DNA from: Marsupella aquatica
Taxonomy: Eukaryota > Plantae > Marchantiophyta
DNA length: 64,000 nt
NCBI GenBank assembly: GCA_973895155.1
Contig: OZ316895.1
Coordinates: 9,412,184 to 9,476,183 of the forward strand
Direction of reading: 5' to 3'
A program made the position numbers and the translations under genes. Numbering within the stretch: the first letter of the stretch is position 1; each line of letters opens with the position of its first letter. Shown here one piece after another: positions 1 to 12,978 of this stretch. The notes under the pieces are model-generated. The model was not told where the DNA came from, searched no databases, and saw nothing but the letters and a program-made list of their open reading frames with translations.

Positions 1-1633
1 ATTATTCAATTGAAACACAATTCAGAATGCGGGTGGCGGTTACTCAGGGTAAAAAACGGAAGGTGGGCCTCCTACTAATTGAACAATCTGTTGCCTAGGG
101 TAAATAAAATGGTTATTTTTCAAACTTTTTTACATCAAGGTTTACGGCATCGCGTACTTAATTTTACCAAAATCATGCCACAGACACAAATGTTGAAGCA
201 ATTTTATTTTGTAAACCAATTTGTACCTGTTTGCAGCGCGTCTCAATGATGTGGCGCATTGTGGAGTCTCAAATTCTGGAAAGGACCTCTAGTGGGGTCC
301 GTAAAAACCTTACAAAATAAGTTGCTCTAGACCTTAACTCCTAAGACATACAAAATTGACAATGAGGTTCAATAATGTCAAAATTTTGACAATGAGATTC
401 AATAAGGTCAAATTTTTTAATGAGTATGTACAAAAGCTACATTAACACTAAAAAGATAAAAGTGAAATGAGTATGGACAAAAAAAAGTGAAATGAGTATG
501 GAAAAAAACAAGTATGGGGCAAAGACTAACCAAAATAGTATATACATTTTATTGTGCAATATTTTTCTTTATATTTATTTATTCGGGGGCTAGTATCAGC
601 GCTTGCTGACTGACCCGCCGTTTCACCAGGCACGACGGTAACGCCAATGCACGGCACCGTACCATGCACCGCCGTCCATGTCCCTTCTCGTCGTCCGGCA
701 GAACGGAACCGGATAGCCGGATACTTTGACGGCACCGAATTGGAAGCGCAGGGGACAAGCGTCCAGCCGTCCAGGCGAGCGACTGAATAGGCGTGGCGAG
801 AACGCCAAAATACAAACAACAGGAGGGACGAATCACCCACGCACGATGTAAAGGCGGAGGACACCAGCAGCAGAGGGCTATGGCGGTCAATTGCACACGA
901 GGAGGAGGCGGAAGAGGAGGATTTTCTTCGCCTTCTGCTTCGTCTTCTCTTCTGCTTTGTCTTCTGCTTCTTCATCTGATTAGTTAAGAGACAACGAGCT
1001 CTGTCTCATTGCATCCATTCCGGCATTTGCTCGGCTGGCGGACGGGGCTGGCTGGCTGGAAGGTTCGCAGCCTGCTAGTGTCTTGATGCAGCAGAGTGCA
1101 GAGTGCGTCGTTGCAGCACGGCTTGCAGGGTGGAGAGCAGTGAAGCGATCCATACCCATCGCTTGTCGGTGTTTTTTCGTATCTCGGACCGACGGCTTTG
1201 CGTGGGCAGTGGTGGTGTGGTTGCTGATTTGATTCGCCGGTTTCCAGAGCCTTGTGAGCAGGAGGCCTTTTTTCTCGATCGATCCTCTTCTCGGCACATG
1301 TGTGCTTGGCATTGCGTTGGTTCGTACATACGGACGTAGGTAGGAGGAGGAGGGGAAGGAGCCGGGAGGAGGACGTGGTTTGTTGGACGAGTTAGTTGGA
1401 AGTTACCTCGAGGAAATGCCGCGGAATTGACGCTTTACCGGAGAGGATTGGTGGGAAGTGCTTTTTCAAGGGCTGGAATTGGAGGGCGTGGCGCACTGAC
1501 GATGTGAGGGCTCTGGGGGAAGAAATTGTGATTCAGCGTGAGGAAAGAAGAGAGAAAGGTGAGAGACAGAGCGCAAGCGCGAAGGACGACGAGGAGCGAG
1601 GACATAATTTGGAGGCAACGTCGCAACGGAAGG

Positions 1634-2986
1634 ATGAATTTCTTGAGATCGGGGTTGTTCAGTGACGTAGAAAGCAGGGCTTCGTCGGACGTGCCAACCG
1701 AGACCGGACAGGAAACCAGCGACGATGGAGAGAACGAGGGGGCTTCCCTTACTGCGAGTGGGGGAGGAGGATGGAGTTTCGGCAACCTTGTGAAGTCGCT
1801 GGGCAAGGTGTCAGGGGAGGTGTTGCAATCGTACAAGCAGGATTTGAGCGAGTTTGCGGATGGTCTAAAGAAAGAGTCTGAGATCGTCGCCGGGGTCACC
1901 GTCCATGCCGTAAAGGACCTTCCCCACACGTTGGAGACGAGTGCTGTCGTCGCGCAGGAGTCCTTGGAGTCGGTAGGGCAAAGTTTAGAGGAATTTGGAG
2001 GATCCTTATGGAGAGGAACTTCAGAGTTGATCTCGTCCGTGAAAGAAGCAATACACAAGGTAGACGAGGAGACGGCCGCGAGCTCCAAAGCGAAAGGGAG
2101 TACGTCAAGGGAGTTGTCCGCCTCACACCCTAGTTGGAAGTACAGCCGGTATGAAGCACAGGTGAATGCTATGCAGAGAGATAGTAGTACTTACTGTGAT
2201 GAACCGGAAGACGAGGAGGATTACGCGGCTTGGCGGTCCACCTTTAATCTCAGCGAGAAGAAGGCCGACATTGAAGCACTGTTAAAGGAGAACGCGTTTA
2301 TGCAGGAGCTTGAGGCGAGGATTGTGCCTCTAATTGTCGAATATGACAGTTTCTGGACACGGTATTTCTACCGTCTGCACAAGCTGCAGCAGGTGGAGGA
2401 CGCGAGGGCTGATCTTGTCAAGAGGGCGACAACATCCGCAGACGAAGAGGAGCTTTCATGGGACGTCGAGGAGGAAGCGGAGGAAACTAGACACGGTCCA
2501 GATGGCAGTGACGACGTCCTCCCTAGCGAAGCTGTTACTGACAAAGCTGTGTCTGATGACAACACTGAGAAGGAACAAACAGTTCGCGTGGTGCAGGAGG
2601 AATCGTCCGGGGCTTCGTCTCCAACTAGTGCGCGGAAGTCCGAACAAGGGGAGATCACGACGGAGCATCCCGGAGGTGGGCATGATGAGGAATCCGTTAG
2701 CGAGGGTAGCACTGGAAGCGATTGGCTCGTTGTACAGGATGATAATCCAGGAGTCGTAGATAGTCCTGACAGGACAGCGTCAACCCTAGCTAAAGGAAAG
2801 GAATATCTCCCAGCTGTTCTGGCCAGAAGACACGCGATGGAAGCTGAGGAGCCGGAGCTAGAAGAGATCGGTGACCTGACCCAGGAAGACACGCCGAAAG
2901 AGAAATCCGAGACGAGTAAGCGCACACCAGTTGTAGACACGACGCCCATCGCGGAGGAGTCTGAAGACTGGGGTGATTGGGAGTGA
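1634..2986 (+). CDS. BSD domain-containing protein (BSDC1-like), single coding exon
   Basis: Long ORF with BSD-type motifs (TYCDEPEDEEDYAAW; IVPLIVEYDSFWTRYFYRLHKL), an acidic tail and a terminal EDWGDWE. First in-frame ATG is at 1634; the ORF track starts at a GTG at 1538. Confidence 0.88.
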   Translation: MNFLRSGLFSDVESRASSDVPTETGQETSDDGENEGASLTASGGGGWSFGNLVKSLGKVSGEVLQSYKQDLSEFADGLKKESEIVAGVTVHAVKDLPHTLETSAVVAQESLESVGQSLEEFGGSLWRGTSELISSVKEAIHKVDEETAASSKAKGSTSRELSASHPSWKYSRYEAQVNAMQRDSSTYCDEPEDEEDYAAWRSTFNLSEKKADIEALLKENAFMQELEARIVPLIVEYDSFWTRYFYRLHKLQQVEDARADLVKRATTSADEEELSWDVEEEAEETRHGPDGSDDVLPSEAVTDKAVSDDNTEKEQTVRVVQEESSGASSPTSARKSEQGEITTEHPGGGHDEESVSEGSTGSDWLVVQDDNPGVVDSPDRTASTLAKGKEYLPAVLARRHAMEAEEPELEEIGDLTQEDTPKEKSETSKRTPVVDTTPIAEESEDWGDWE

Positions 2987-5383
2987 TAAAATGCTCCGCT
3001 GTCAAATAATCGGAGGGAGAGCAGTCTTTAAATTCATAGCCTGGCGTAACTTGTGAATAGTGGATGGCTGTTCTAAAGATGTTTTTTTCCTTCTAGAAGG
3101 TTAGTTAGTCACCAAAAGGCAAGTAGATCTGTATGGAATAAAGCGCTCGATCGTCCAGTCTATGTGTGGGATTGCCAGCGTTACGACAAGCTGCATGGCC
3201 TTTCAAGGTCGCAAGACTTCCAACCCACTCTGTTCCGCCGAAGGTGCAAAGGAGGGATGTACGAAAGAGGGCTACTTACTGGTTATCCTGTTCTTTTGGC
3301 ATTCAATTGGTGCACAAACGAATTTGTATAGAATTATTGCAGTAAGCCTGGACGGGTTTGTTGCTTCATACGTCGTCTATTATTATGGAGAGGCTCATAT
3401 CATGGTTGCAGCTGTTTCTCGTACTGATGTCGTCCACGTCATGGCTTATGTCTCACATTGGACTCGAGCATCAATTGTCGTTATTTTGGAGATGTGTTGA
3501 TTGACATTCTCGTGCATTGTCCCATTAAATGTAGGCTGCATTACTGGATCAAGAAGTATCGTTGATTAGATTGATAACTACTATCAAGCTACACGGTTGC
3601 CTAAATTGTTTACAGGTTCTTTGCAAACCAAGACAGGTTCGACCTCACATTGTCTGAGGTGGTGGATAGACTCGCTTCACCTTCTGATCGATCATTTGCA
3701 ATTGCATCGCTGAAAGGAAGAAAGGAGGGAGGAGCACTGAAGATTTGTAGAGCACTATGGTCATGACACAAAGAGGAAAAGCTGTCCCGGTACCTGAGAT
3801 ACTTCTGGGTCTATCCTACTAGTCAAATTGTTTTTGGTGTTTCGAGTTTTGATGTCCTAATATCAGTTTTCATAAAAAAACTGTAGGATGCAGACACTTT
3901 TTTCTTGTTTGTGATTCTGTAGGACTTTTGACTCCCTTCGCTACATATGTTTGGACCATCTCTATGATCAATTTGTGTGGAGATCGATCGCCACTTCGTC
4001 GAGACAGAAGTGACAGTTACGAATGTGGTCCTTAGAAATCGTCCTGTTTTATTAAATTTGGTTGGCTCCCTCGATTCTCATCAAGGACCAGGTTTGTGAT
4101 TAATGTCTCTCCGTTAAGTACCACGCATTTCCATAGACTGCAATCTGCTTCCAACTTTCGGTCAGTAAACTCCGTAGGTGTTAACGTTTGCCTTCTGAGA
4201 CCTTGTTTGGAGGCTTCCGTATGTGATCAGTAGCAAGGAGAACCTCCAGGTGACCACGATATTTGCATGCACGGCTCTTCTGCAACATTGTATAAAAGTG
4301 CAGGGACTAATGGAAGTTTTGGAGTCTGGGATGCAGAGGCTCATCTGGGGGCCAGTAAGGATGCAACGTGAGCCTTAAGTGCTAGTGATGTTTTACGGTT
4401 ACGTTGTGAAGGAAGCAGACTTCATCGAAACTTGTCCTTATTCGTCTTCCAAATATGCGTCTACTTTTTTATATCTTCCTCATGAACGGTCTGCAGGACG
4501 GGATCCATGCTTAGGTGAAGTTGACGACAGTAATAACTGATCCACGCATCGTTTAGGTTGAGGAGACTTGGAAAACTCATTGCGGTTATTGTAATCTTCA
4601 TCGAACGTCAGGCAAGCTAGGCGGGAGAACATGTGAATGAATGTCACTACCAACACAGACGTTTCCTGTAAATACCAAACCCTGGTCCGAGGTACAGCTT
4701 TTCCAGTTTCACTACACTTTGTATCCCCTACAGACTATCCTAGAACATTATTGCATCGAACTGTGGCGTCTTTGAGTGGTTGTGAAATGGCCTTCGATTA
4801 GGTTCTAGCCTCCTGATCCGACTTAATGTCCCCTAAACCTTCATCAGCCATTCTCGATACACAGTTCACAAGCTACAGAAAGAAAAGTTGAAGCTGGTCA
4901 GTGCCAGCATAAGGTTGGAGGCCATGATAATCCAACCTTCTCCAATAAGTGGAATTCAAAGTCTTAAGGTGGCTGCCCGTATGGTCATGTAAAACGTCCA
5001 CTAATTGTCAGAGGCGATCACCAATTGAACGTTCACATTAATCGATTCATCTGGACTCCTCGGTGCTCTGTTCCCAGGTCTTAAGACCTGTCTAACCATT
5101 GTAAACCCCCTATCTACATGTCAATGACAAATAATCAATATACACATTGGGGTGGCTGTTGCAGCTACGACTTTGAGGTAACTTGTCCACTGTGCTGTTC
5201 TCCAATCCTTTAGACCATTGACGAAGGTGTAGCTGTTCTGGTGCACAGCCTCCGTCTTAGCAAACTTCGTGCTCTTTCGGCTGAAAGGCTTCGGAGCAAG
5301 AAATGTGCCACCACATGCCCTCTGCAGGAATATGAACCTCACACAATTTGATCTTCCTAAAAATATATGAACTCTACAGTATT

Positions 5384-6493
5384 CTATATTGCAATTACAT
5401 GGCAACTTAAGGTTATATTGTCCGCGCTAATCGGCCCGGTGAAGGATGACGTTACCAGAAATCCACCACTATCACCAGCCCTGTCCACATCTATTACAGT
5501 GGTTCTGAGGCCCTTCCCCACCAAGTATAGACTTCTACCAACTACAGCAAGCCCACAGGGCGGCTGGACTGACGCAGGAGCTAATCGACCTAATGAGTTC
5601 CACGTAAGGGTCCCCTTATCCAAAACCATTAATTTCACCCCGTAGGTTTGATCTAACATGTACATGTCATCGCCGGCAGCAGTTGTTGGTCCGACCCAAT
5701 TTTTAGTCATCTCGTTGTAGACAGGGGCCCAGGAATTTTGAGCAGAGTTGAATACAGCAGTATCTGAAGGATTGTTGCTCGGACAAATGTGTCGTATGTA
5801 TAATTTATTGTCGAGGACTAAAAACTCTCCTAGGTCGTGCACGATGTTCTGATCTTCAAAGGATGACCAACTCCTTGTAGCTGCATCATAGACTTCCCAG
5901 GAGCTTGGAACCCCTGTATGTGTACCCATTCCACCAACAGCATACAATTGGCCATCAAATGCTGCACAGATAAAGTAACAACGAGCAGTCTCCATGTTCG
6001 CCACCTCTATCCACTGGTTGGTGACTGGGTCATATTTGACAACCTCAGATGTAGGATTTTGATACTTTTTTAAACCCCCAAGGACGAAAAGTTGTTTGTC
6101 CAAAACTTCACTAGTAACACCGTAACGTTTTGCACAATCACCTGGCATTTTGGGAAGCTCCCTCCACTTTCGTTCCATAGGATCCATCACAAACCAATGG
6201 AGTCTTTCAAAGCTGTCTCTACTGAGAGCATATATCCAGCCTTCTGTGAGAGACATTTCCTCGCGTAGAAAATAATATTCCCTACTGCGGAGCATTTCTT
6301 TCCACTGCTTACACACCATAGCTAGTCTTGAATGGCACCCGCGCGGAACCCTAGCAAGGCACTGCAATGCAAGATCATTGGGTAGCCCAGGAAGAAGGCT
6401 TGGATCCACCTGTTCATAGTCTTCCTCCACAGGATCTTGATAAGAAGAGTCCGAAGTGTGTGTAATGCTCCTATTGGAAAACTCAAAATCCAT
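5384..6493 (-). CDS. F-box/kelch-repeat protein
   Basis: F-box LLPGLPNDLALQCLARVP followed by kelch repeats (LFVLGG...YDPVTNQW; LYAVGG...YDAATRSW). A splice acceptor (TGCAG) lies just upstream of the ATG, implying a 5' UTR intron. Confidence 0.95.
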   Translation of the reverse strand: MDFEFSNRSITHTSDSSYQDPVEEDYEQVDPSLLPGLPNDLALQCLARVPRGCHSRLAMVCKQWKEMLRSREYYFLREEMSLTEGWIYALSRDSFERLHWFVMDPMERKWRELPKMPGDCAKRYGVTSEVLDKQLFVLGGLKKYQNPTSEVVKYDPVTNQWIEVANMETARCYFICAAFDGQLYAVGGMGTHTGVPSSWEVYDAATRSWSSFEDQNIVHDLGEFLVLDNKLYIRHICPSNNPSDTAVFNSAQNSWAPVYNEMTKNWVGPTTAAGDDMYMLDQTYGVKLMVLDKGTLTWNSLGRLAPASVQPPCGLAVVGRSLYLVGKGLRTTVIDVDRAGDSGGFLVTSSFTGPISADNITLSCHVIAI

Positions 6494-7181
6494 CTGCCTG
6501 CAGATTCAACACATCCTCCACACGTAAGGTCACAGGTGGCTTCAATCAACCGTATCCTTCCCAGCCCGAAGACACATGTTGACTAAAACGAGTTATATAA
6601 AACTGGAGGAATACAACGGAACCGGAACCACCGACACGACCACGGATAAGAAAACGTCCCACGAGGAGATAGGGAGCACGATAAAGCACTTTCCCACTTT
6701 AGCATTGCTACAGAGGAAAGGCCAGAGACCCAGGAGGACGTATGACACCATAAACTTACAAGAGGTGCTTCCTTTTATTCCTACTGGACAAAAACACCGG
6801 GTCATTTCCACTACAGGATGATAATGTGGTTTCACTATCTCGTTATCAAGCAGATCGTCAGGTAGAGAATACGAAGAAGGCCAAGAGAAGAAGCAAACCG
6901 ATGCATTGACTGAGGACAGAGGAGGGTCTTTGCAACGGACAACTTGAAATTCTCTGTGAACTCAAATTCTTAAGAGTTGTCACTTGCAATTCACGGAGAT
7001 AGAAGCCAAGCGGAAAGTGCCCCGATTGAATGCTAAGCCCATACAATATATAGTCCCCAGGAAGGACAGGATGGTGCCCACAAACTACCGAATTTAAATA
7101 GTAACAACAGCAGCAATAAGAGGGACTTTCCAAACAACGCACGGCATCAATAATTTAGCGACATAAAGACTGAAGGACACG

Positions 7182-8683
7182 TATGAGACAAAAGAAGAAG
7201 AGAAGAAAGGCAACGGTCTACAGCGTCTCTAACCAGAATGTGGTGGGCAATGCCCGTCTTTCAATATTCGTTCAAAGTCGTGGCAAATTGGAGTAAACAA
7301 TCTTGCTCGCACTTCAAGAGTTTCAAATCCGTGTCTACATCACCTCACAAAGCTTGGTCAGCTGAAACAATCAACGCATATATTGATGTTAAAGTCCACG
7401 GATCCCCAATTGGACGGAACGTATGAGATAGCTAACAGTGCCCCTAGACGCAGGCCTGATCTTCATCCGGAACGGAATTCTCGAATCAAGTGGCAAGTGG
7501 AGTGTAACAGGAGACGCCCAGAGGGTGAACGAGGGATATCAACCAGGATACCGAACGCAAATTCCCAGAACCAAAGCCAACGACAGAAAGCAGCAGAACG
7601 GAGTGCAGTAGGGTTCTTTGCCCTAACCTACGACTAAATTTGCAACAGGCTTACACCATTGAGGCAAACCAGCTCATCTGGCACTCATCCATCAACTTAG
7701 TACGGTCTCCAAAACCAAATTCAAACACCAAACCCTAAGAAGACGAGACAAGCCATCTTGTCGCTTGGGGAAGAAATTTCAGCGGACAGCTTCAGAATTG
7801 AGAGGTACCCCAAGCTGCAGTGCCATAGTGCCACAACGCCAGAGAATTATCGCCCGCAAGTCCAGCAGTCAATTCAGTCCGCCGCAATTCTCCACACGAG
7901 GGTATCTTTCAAAGGCCAAACCAAACAAAGAATAGCCACGGAAGGTCTTTGAAACCGACTCCGTCCGCATTACATACACACAAGCAGAGTGCGCATCGCA
8001 ACATTCGTCTCCTAGCCAAATCTCGCGGAGTTCGGGTGCTCCAGCAGTAATAAACAGCAGTCAAACTTCGAGAATTTTCACAAGCTGACTCGATCCCTGG
8101 CTCACCCACTTCCCATCCTCGTTCCTCGCCCGGCTTCAGACATCGGATCAGAAGACAATTATGCCAAAATGAAACTCAGAGTGGTAGCCAGGGACAGAAG
8201 AGAGAGAGATCGCTTCATCGAGGTCGAATCGAACGGGCTGTTCCGTCACATCCACATGAGCAGAGCGCGCATCCCCCTCGTCTCCTCACCAATTCTCGCG
8301 GAGTTCGGGCGCTTCTACAGAGTCACAATTATACCAGCGAGAACTCTCGAATTGGACAAGCTCACTCGATGTCTGGCTCATTCTCTTCCCAACATGGCGC
8401 CTCGCTCGGCTTCGGGGAGATGAGAATCAGAAGACAATTATGCGAAGGCGGAACTCAGATTGGTCGAACCTGATATGAGGGTAGCATATATATCAAACTG
8501 CCCGCTGAACCGGGAGACCCCATAGGCCAAACACCCCAATCAAGGGATAACAAGAAAAAGGCCAAAAAGCCGAAACGACCAGGCACTAGTAACAAAAGAC
8601 ACACAGGGTACGAAGGACGAAGAAACTGAGGGCAAATAATATGTGAATGAGGGATTGGGTGTTGATGAGATCTCCAAACAATG
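7182..8683 (-). repeat. Copy 1 of an inverted segmental duplication (upstream/5' leader of the F-box gene)
   Basis: Aligns by eye to the reverse complement of 15062-16433, with a ~125-bp indel near 8484-8610. ORF-track peptides are near-identical (MLKSTDPQLDGTYEIANSAPRRRPDLH...). Confidence 0.95.
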
Positions 8684-8711
8684 GTTTTTTTTTGGGTCTT
8701 AAATGGAAACC

Positions 8712-10013
8712 GGGAAAAACACTTACTAGTCTCTCCTCACCCCAATAGCGACACTCATTTTGGGAACCCATTTGAGGGTGAGCCTCCACTGATAAGGGAA
8801 ACCCGGAAAAACATTTACTAGTCTCTCCCCACCCCAATAGCTACATTCATTTTGGGAACCCATTTGAGGGTGAGCCTCCACTGATCTGACAGGTACCCGC
8901 ACCGGGAGAGTATTAAAACAGGGTTACAAAATGGACTACAACCAGGGGCCAAGTAAATAATTAGAACTCACATCCACTATACACAAAAACCATCCCACCC
9001 ACACACACACACAGGCCCTTTGTGTGGAGGGAGGATTGAACTTCCAGGCTGGTTTCATCTTGAGATTATCCCTGGGGATTGAACACGTGTAACTTCCAGC
9101 TTATCCACTGTGATTGAACAGATGTTATGAAGCTTCCAGATTATCCACAGGGATTGAACACGAATTGAGAACTTCATAGTGCTGGACCCTCCCACACAGA
9201 GTAAGTAATTCTGGAAGGAATGCATGTTACCCATGTGTAACCATTTTTGGAGATATCTCTTATTCCCATAATCTCCTGCCCTAAACTGACAGCTTTTTTT
9301 GGACAGCAATTACTTACTCTGCCATTATTGTAAGTAAGGTCAATAATAGGGCCTGAACCTTGCTCCAAGAAAGCTCAGAAAAGCTTCTCATTTGCCATGG
9401 GTCAGGTTTTACTCACTTTCTGGTCATAGAGTTATAGGCTGGGAACCCCAAACCTGACTGTCATTATCCTGGACTAGCCTGATTACCTGTCCCTTGAACG
9501 TAGTAGGGAGATATAAGACCAAGAAAAAAACATTGCAAAAGAATCTATGTTGTTTCCGCTTCATCTTTGCCCCCATCCCTCTTTATGGTGTGTCTTTCAC
9601 TTCAGTATTGTCCTTATTAGTTTTGTCTTTATCTTGAGTTAGGGGTAGAGACTTCACTCTAGAAGTCTATACCTCAACTCTAGCTTATGTTCACTATTAA
9701 TTGTAAAGATTTCTTGTAGAGTAGCTTCTGTCCTCCCACCGAGTTCATAATTAGTATGGACAAGAAAAGGTTGAGGATCATGAGTTACAAGGTGTAAATT
9801 CAACATTGTTCCCATGGGGTTTGAATAGCAAGTACCTTCAAAAATGATTTTACAAGGTAACGACCATGCGTTTCTGGGCCATAGATTATGAGAATAGCAA
9901 GACATGGTTATACACGGATAATGCATACTCGCTACATAAATTAAGTGTGTAATCATTTATGGAGGTCCTTGCTATTTCTACAATCTATTGCCTGGAATCA
10001 CGTGTAGGGTAAC
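8712..10013. mobile_element. ~1.2-1.3 kb dispersed repeat, probable transposon end (copy 1), with a ~91-bp terminal tandem duplication
   Basis: Inverted match to 21820-22993; 8712-8793 is repeated at 8803-8884. Confidence 0.7.
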
Positions 10014-10217
10014 CACAATGAACTCATTCAATTTTGAGCGCAAGTAAATCCTAGTATGAGTCACGAAGGTGAACATGAGCTGCCATAAATCAAATTCATG
10101 ATGTGAACATATTCAAAATAGAATCCCAGAATTCTGGCCATGGATAATGAAGGCACCAGATAACCTTATTATGTGACTTCATTCAAAAACCATGGCTTTG
10201 ACAAGGGATTCCACATC

Positions 10218-12978
10218 TGTCACCTGTTTATCAGATGATTTACATGACAAATACGTATTTCCTCCTACTGAAAGTGTTTGTTATCGTATGACGGGAACGT
10301 GGAGGGACGCTATTCGGATTCTATTGCATGTAGAATGAGTATGTTTGATTCCGCTCCCGGAAGTGTAATTTTTGATCAAGTCTACCGACTAGCCCCTCTG
10401 CTTTTGATCAAGTCCCATGGACTACACCACACACACTCCTACTGGTCGTTGGTGGAGTGTTGTCACCACCCCTCCTACTCACATGGTTGACCAAACCGTG
10501 CAAGTATTCCTTAGACACTTCTTGGGGAAAGAACACAATCGTGACCCATAAAAGATAACGCCACACCAAAACTTGAGGAATCAAACCAAATTCATATCTT
10601 TTGGCAAAATGTTGTAACACATTGCAAGGACAACCCAGCCTCCTGCCGTCTGCCCAACTCCTGCCTCACTAGGGCAAGTGCTACACCTCTACCTCACTAC
10701 TCTGGCTTGATTCCCTCTTCTGGCTATGAGCTAACTTCCCCCAAAACCAACACTAGACTGAGTTCCCCCCCTCACTACCACTGGGCTCTCCCCCTAAATA
10801 CTCAAAACAACACACCAAAGCACCCCTCACGGGGTCACAAGGATGGCGGCTACCCTAGCGGCGCCGCTAAAACCATTCACGAGAAATCCCTAACCTAAAA
10901 CATGCGGCACACACATGCTCCTAAAAAAAACCCTAAACTAACTACGGGACCGACAGTGCCTTTGACGGCGCCACAACATCGCTCTGTGAACCGCGAAAAT
11001 GCAAGGGACCCCACAATTGCCGAAACTAGGTGCCACTCTGAGTGCACCTCTGAGCTCACCTCTGGGTAGCCCTGCTCCCCTTGATCATGAATTACCAAAC
11101 CTCTCCCAAAACGGACGTCGGACGACCAAGTTATGGTCGTTTTAGTTTCACTTACTAACCAACTTTGCCGGACCCTAACTTACTCATCCTGGCTCCGTTG
11201 AGGAGCGCCACCTCTTGTTGGAATCAGCTCCGCGAGCTCTTTCCAACAAGCCCGTGAGTGCCCACTTCCAAAAAGTTTTCAAAGTCAAGAGGTTGTACAA
11301 CCAAGTCCGTACGGCTACCCTAGTCCTCCTCCTTCTCACTCACGGTGCCCTAGCTTGAGCCCCGTGAGTTGGTCTCCTCATCAGTCCTCCTCCTCCTCAC
11401 TCACGGTGCCCTGGCTTGAGCCCCGTGAGTTGGTCTCCTCATCGCCCTCCATTGGAGTGGATACCACTCCGCTAAACAAGGACTCACTTGAGTCCACCAC
11501 CTCCTATCCTATCTATCTACCGTGCCTACCAGCCTCAATCCTCCTGATCACCACCACCGGTCCGTTGTAAAAGGAGGGGGGCCCTATAATTGTCGAAACT
11601 AAAATTTTCTCAGAATTCACTTCTGAAAACATATCTGAGGAGCCCTCCACTCCCTGATCACGACTCTGTAAACGGTACACAAAATGGAGGTCAAACGGCC
11701 AAGATATGATCGTTTAACTTTTCATGGGGCACCGTCTCCCTCCGTTTCGTCCGTACAACACCAGGGGGCCCCGACTTTGCAAAATGCGTATCACAGTTCC
11801 CCGTATGTGCTGCTACCTTCTCCTTCCCATGCAAAGCCGGGACCTCCGTACGGCCTCAAAGCCGGACACGGACGTCCGTTTTGAGGCCGTACGTACGACA
11901 GGAGGGGAGGTCTCAAAGCCGGGAGGCCTCAAAACCTTTCCGGCACGGCCTCAAAACCTCCGTACGGCCTCAAAGCCGGACACGGACGTCCGTACGGCCT
12001 CAAAACCCTCGTATTCTCAAAAAATGCGATCTGTTGTATCGCCCCCGTCTTAGCTCCATTTCGGCCGTGTAACACATCGTTGGATTCAGCTCGGTGAGCT
12101 CTTTCTAACAAGCCCATAGACTCCTGATTTTGAGATGGCCAAAAAACTGATGTTTGTACAACCAAGGTCCGTACGCACGTTGAAAGCAAGCACAATAGGG
12201 AAAGGGTTTAGGGGTTAGGAATGGGTGGGAAACTCACAAGTGAGAATAGAGAAAAAGGGGAGGAAGAAAATGTGGGGGCCCCTTCTACGGATGTGTTCTT
12301 CTACGAAGTGCCCCTTCTACGGATGTGTTCTTCTACGGAGTGCCCTTCTACGGAGTGGGGAAGGGAAAGAGCGCAAAAACCATGTGAGGACCACACAAAG
12401 GGTGAAGGTGAACACAAGTGTGGAAACCCCTTCCTTCTAATGGCCCTTCCACCATCATTACTCCAAGATTGTCTAGTTTGTCGTTTTACGGGCGTTGAGG
12501 TCCCTCGAGATGTCACTGTTTTATATAGACCTAAAATCAACTAGAGAACCTCATTTTCGCATGGGGCTCATTGAGGGCTTCAAAATGAATCCAAACATGA
12601 CCATGTTTGGAATAGTACTAGCGCAACAAAATCTATTTTAAGGTTCGATGTTTTCTATATTTTGATCATTCTTCCCGTTTTGCGCCTTACTTGGAGCCTC
12701 CGACCAGCCCCCACCCCTCCAAGATGCCCACACCTTGGCTCCAAGTCCTTGGGCTGCCTTGTGGCCTCCTTGTATCCCCTCAATGGTTCCCTTGTCATCC
12801 ATCACCGCTCGACACCCCTCTCAACTCCGGCCTCCGATTGTCGCATCAATTTATTAGAACTAACAAAAATAAAAAATTTGAAAATCCAAACACTTTTACT
12901 ACACCTACTTGTCTTTCTACTTATATACGCAATTATAAGTCATCATTAAGTTACTACCGGGTTTGGGGCCCTGTCACA
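10218..12978 (-). mobile_element. Solo-LTR-like element, 2761 bp
   Basis: Termini TGTCAC...GTCACA flanked by a perfect 5-bp TSD ACATC (10213-10217 and 12979-12983). 10218-11473 matches the reverse complement of 41942-43128. No gag/pol seen. Confidence 0.88.
11835..12010. repeat. Array of CCGTACGG/CGGCCTCAAA motifs inside the solo-LTR-like element
   Basis: Repeated ccgtacggcctcaaa(gccggacacggacgtcc) units, one in inverted orientation. A second ~30-bp repeat (ccccttctacggatgtgttcttctacg) lies at ~12279-12355. Confidence 0.85.

Noticed and set aside
1435-2949. Long antisense ORFs over the BSD gene (and similar ones over CSE1, HDA14 and FCA exon 1)
   Set aside because: Shadow ORFs produced by the codon bias and low complexity of the real CDS.
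7383-7952. Paralogous small proteins (7383-7637 and 7758-7952 versus 15818-16315 and 15567-15860)
   Set aside because: Similarity comes from the DNA duplication; frames and stops differ between copies and they are antisense to the presumed leaders.
9030-9175. CRISPR-like repeats ending ATTGAAC, or a DnaA box (TTATCCACA) indicating bacterial DNA
   Set aside because: Intervening sequences are too short and related to each other, and the block lies inside a dispersed repeat with no bacterial genes nearby.
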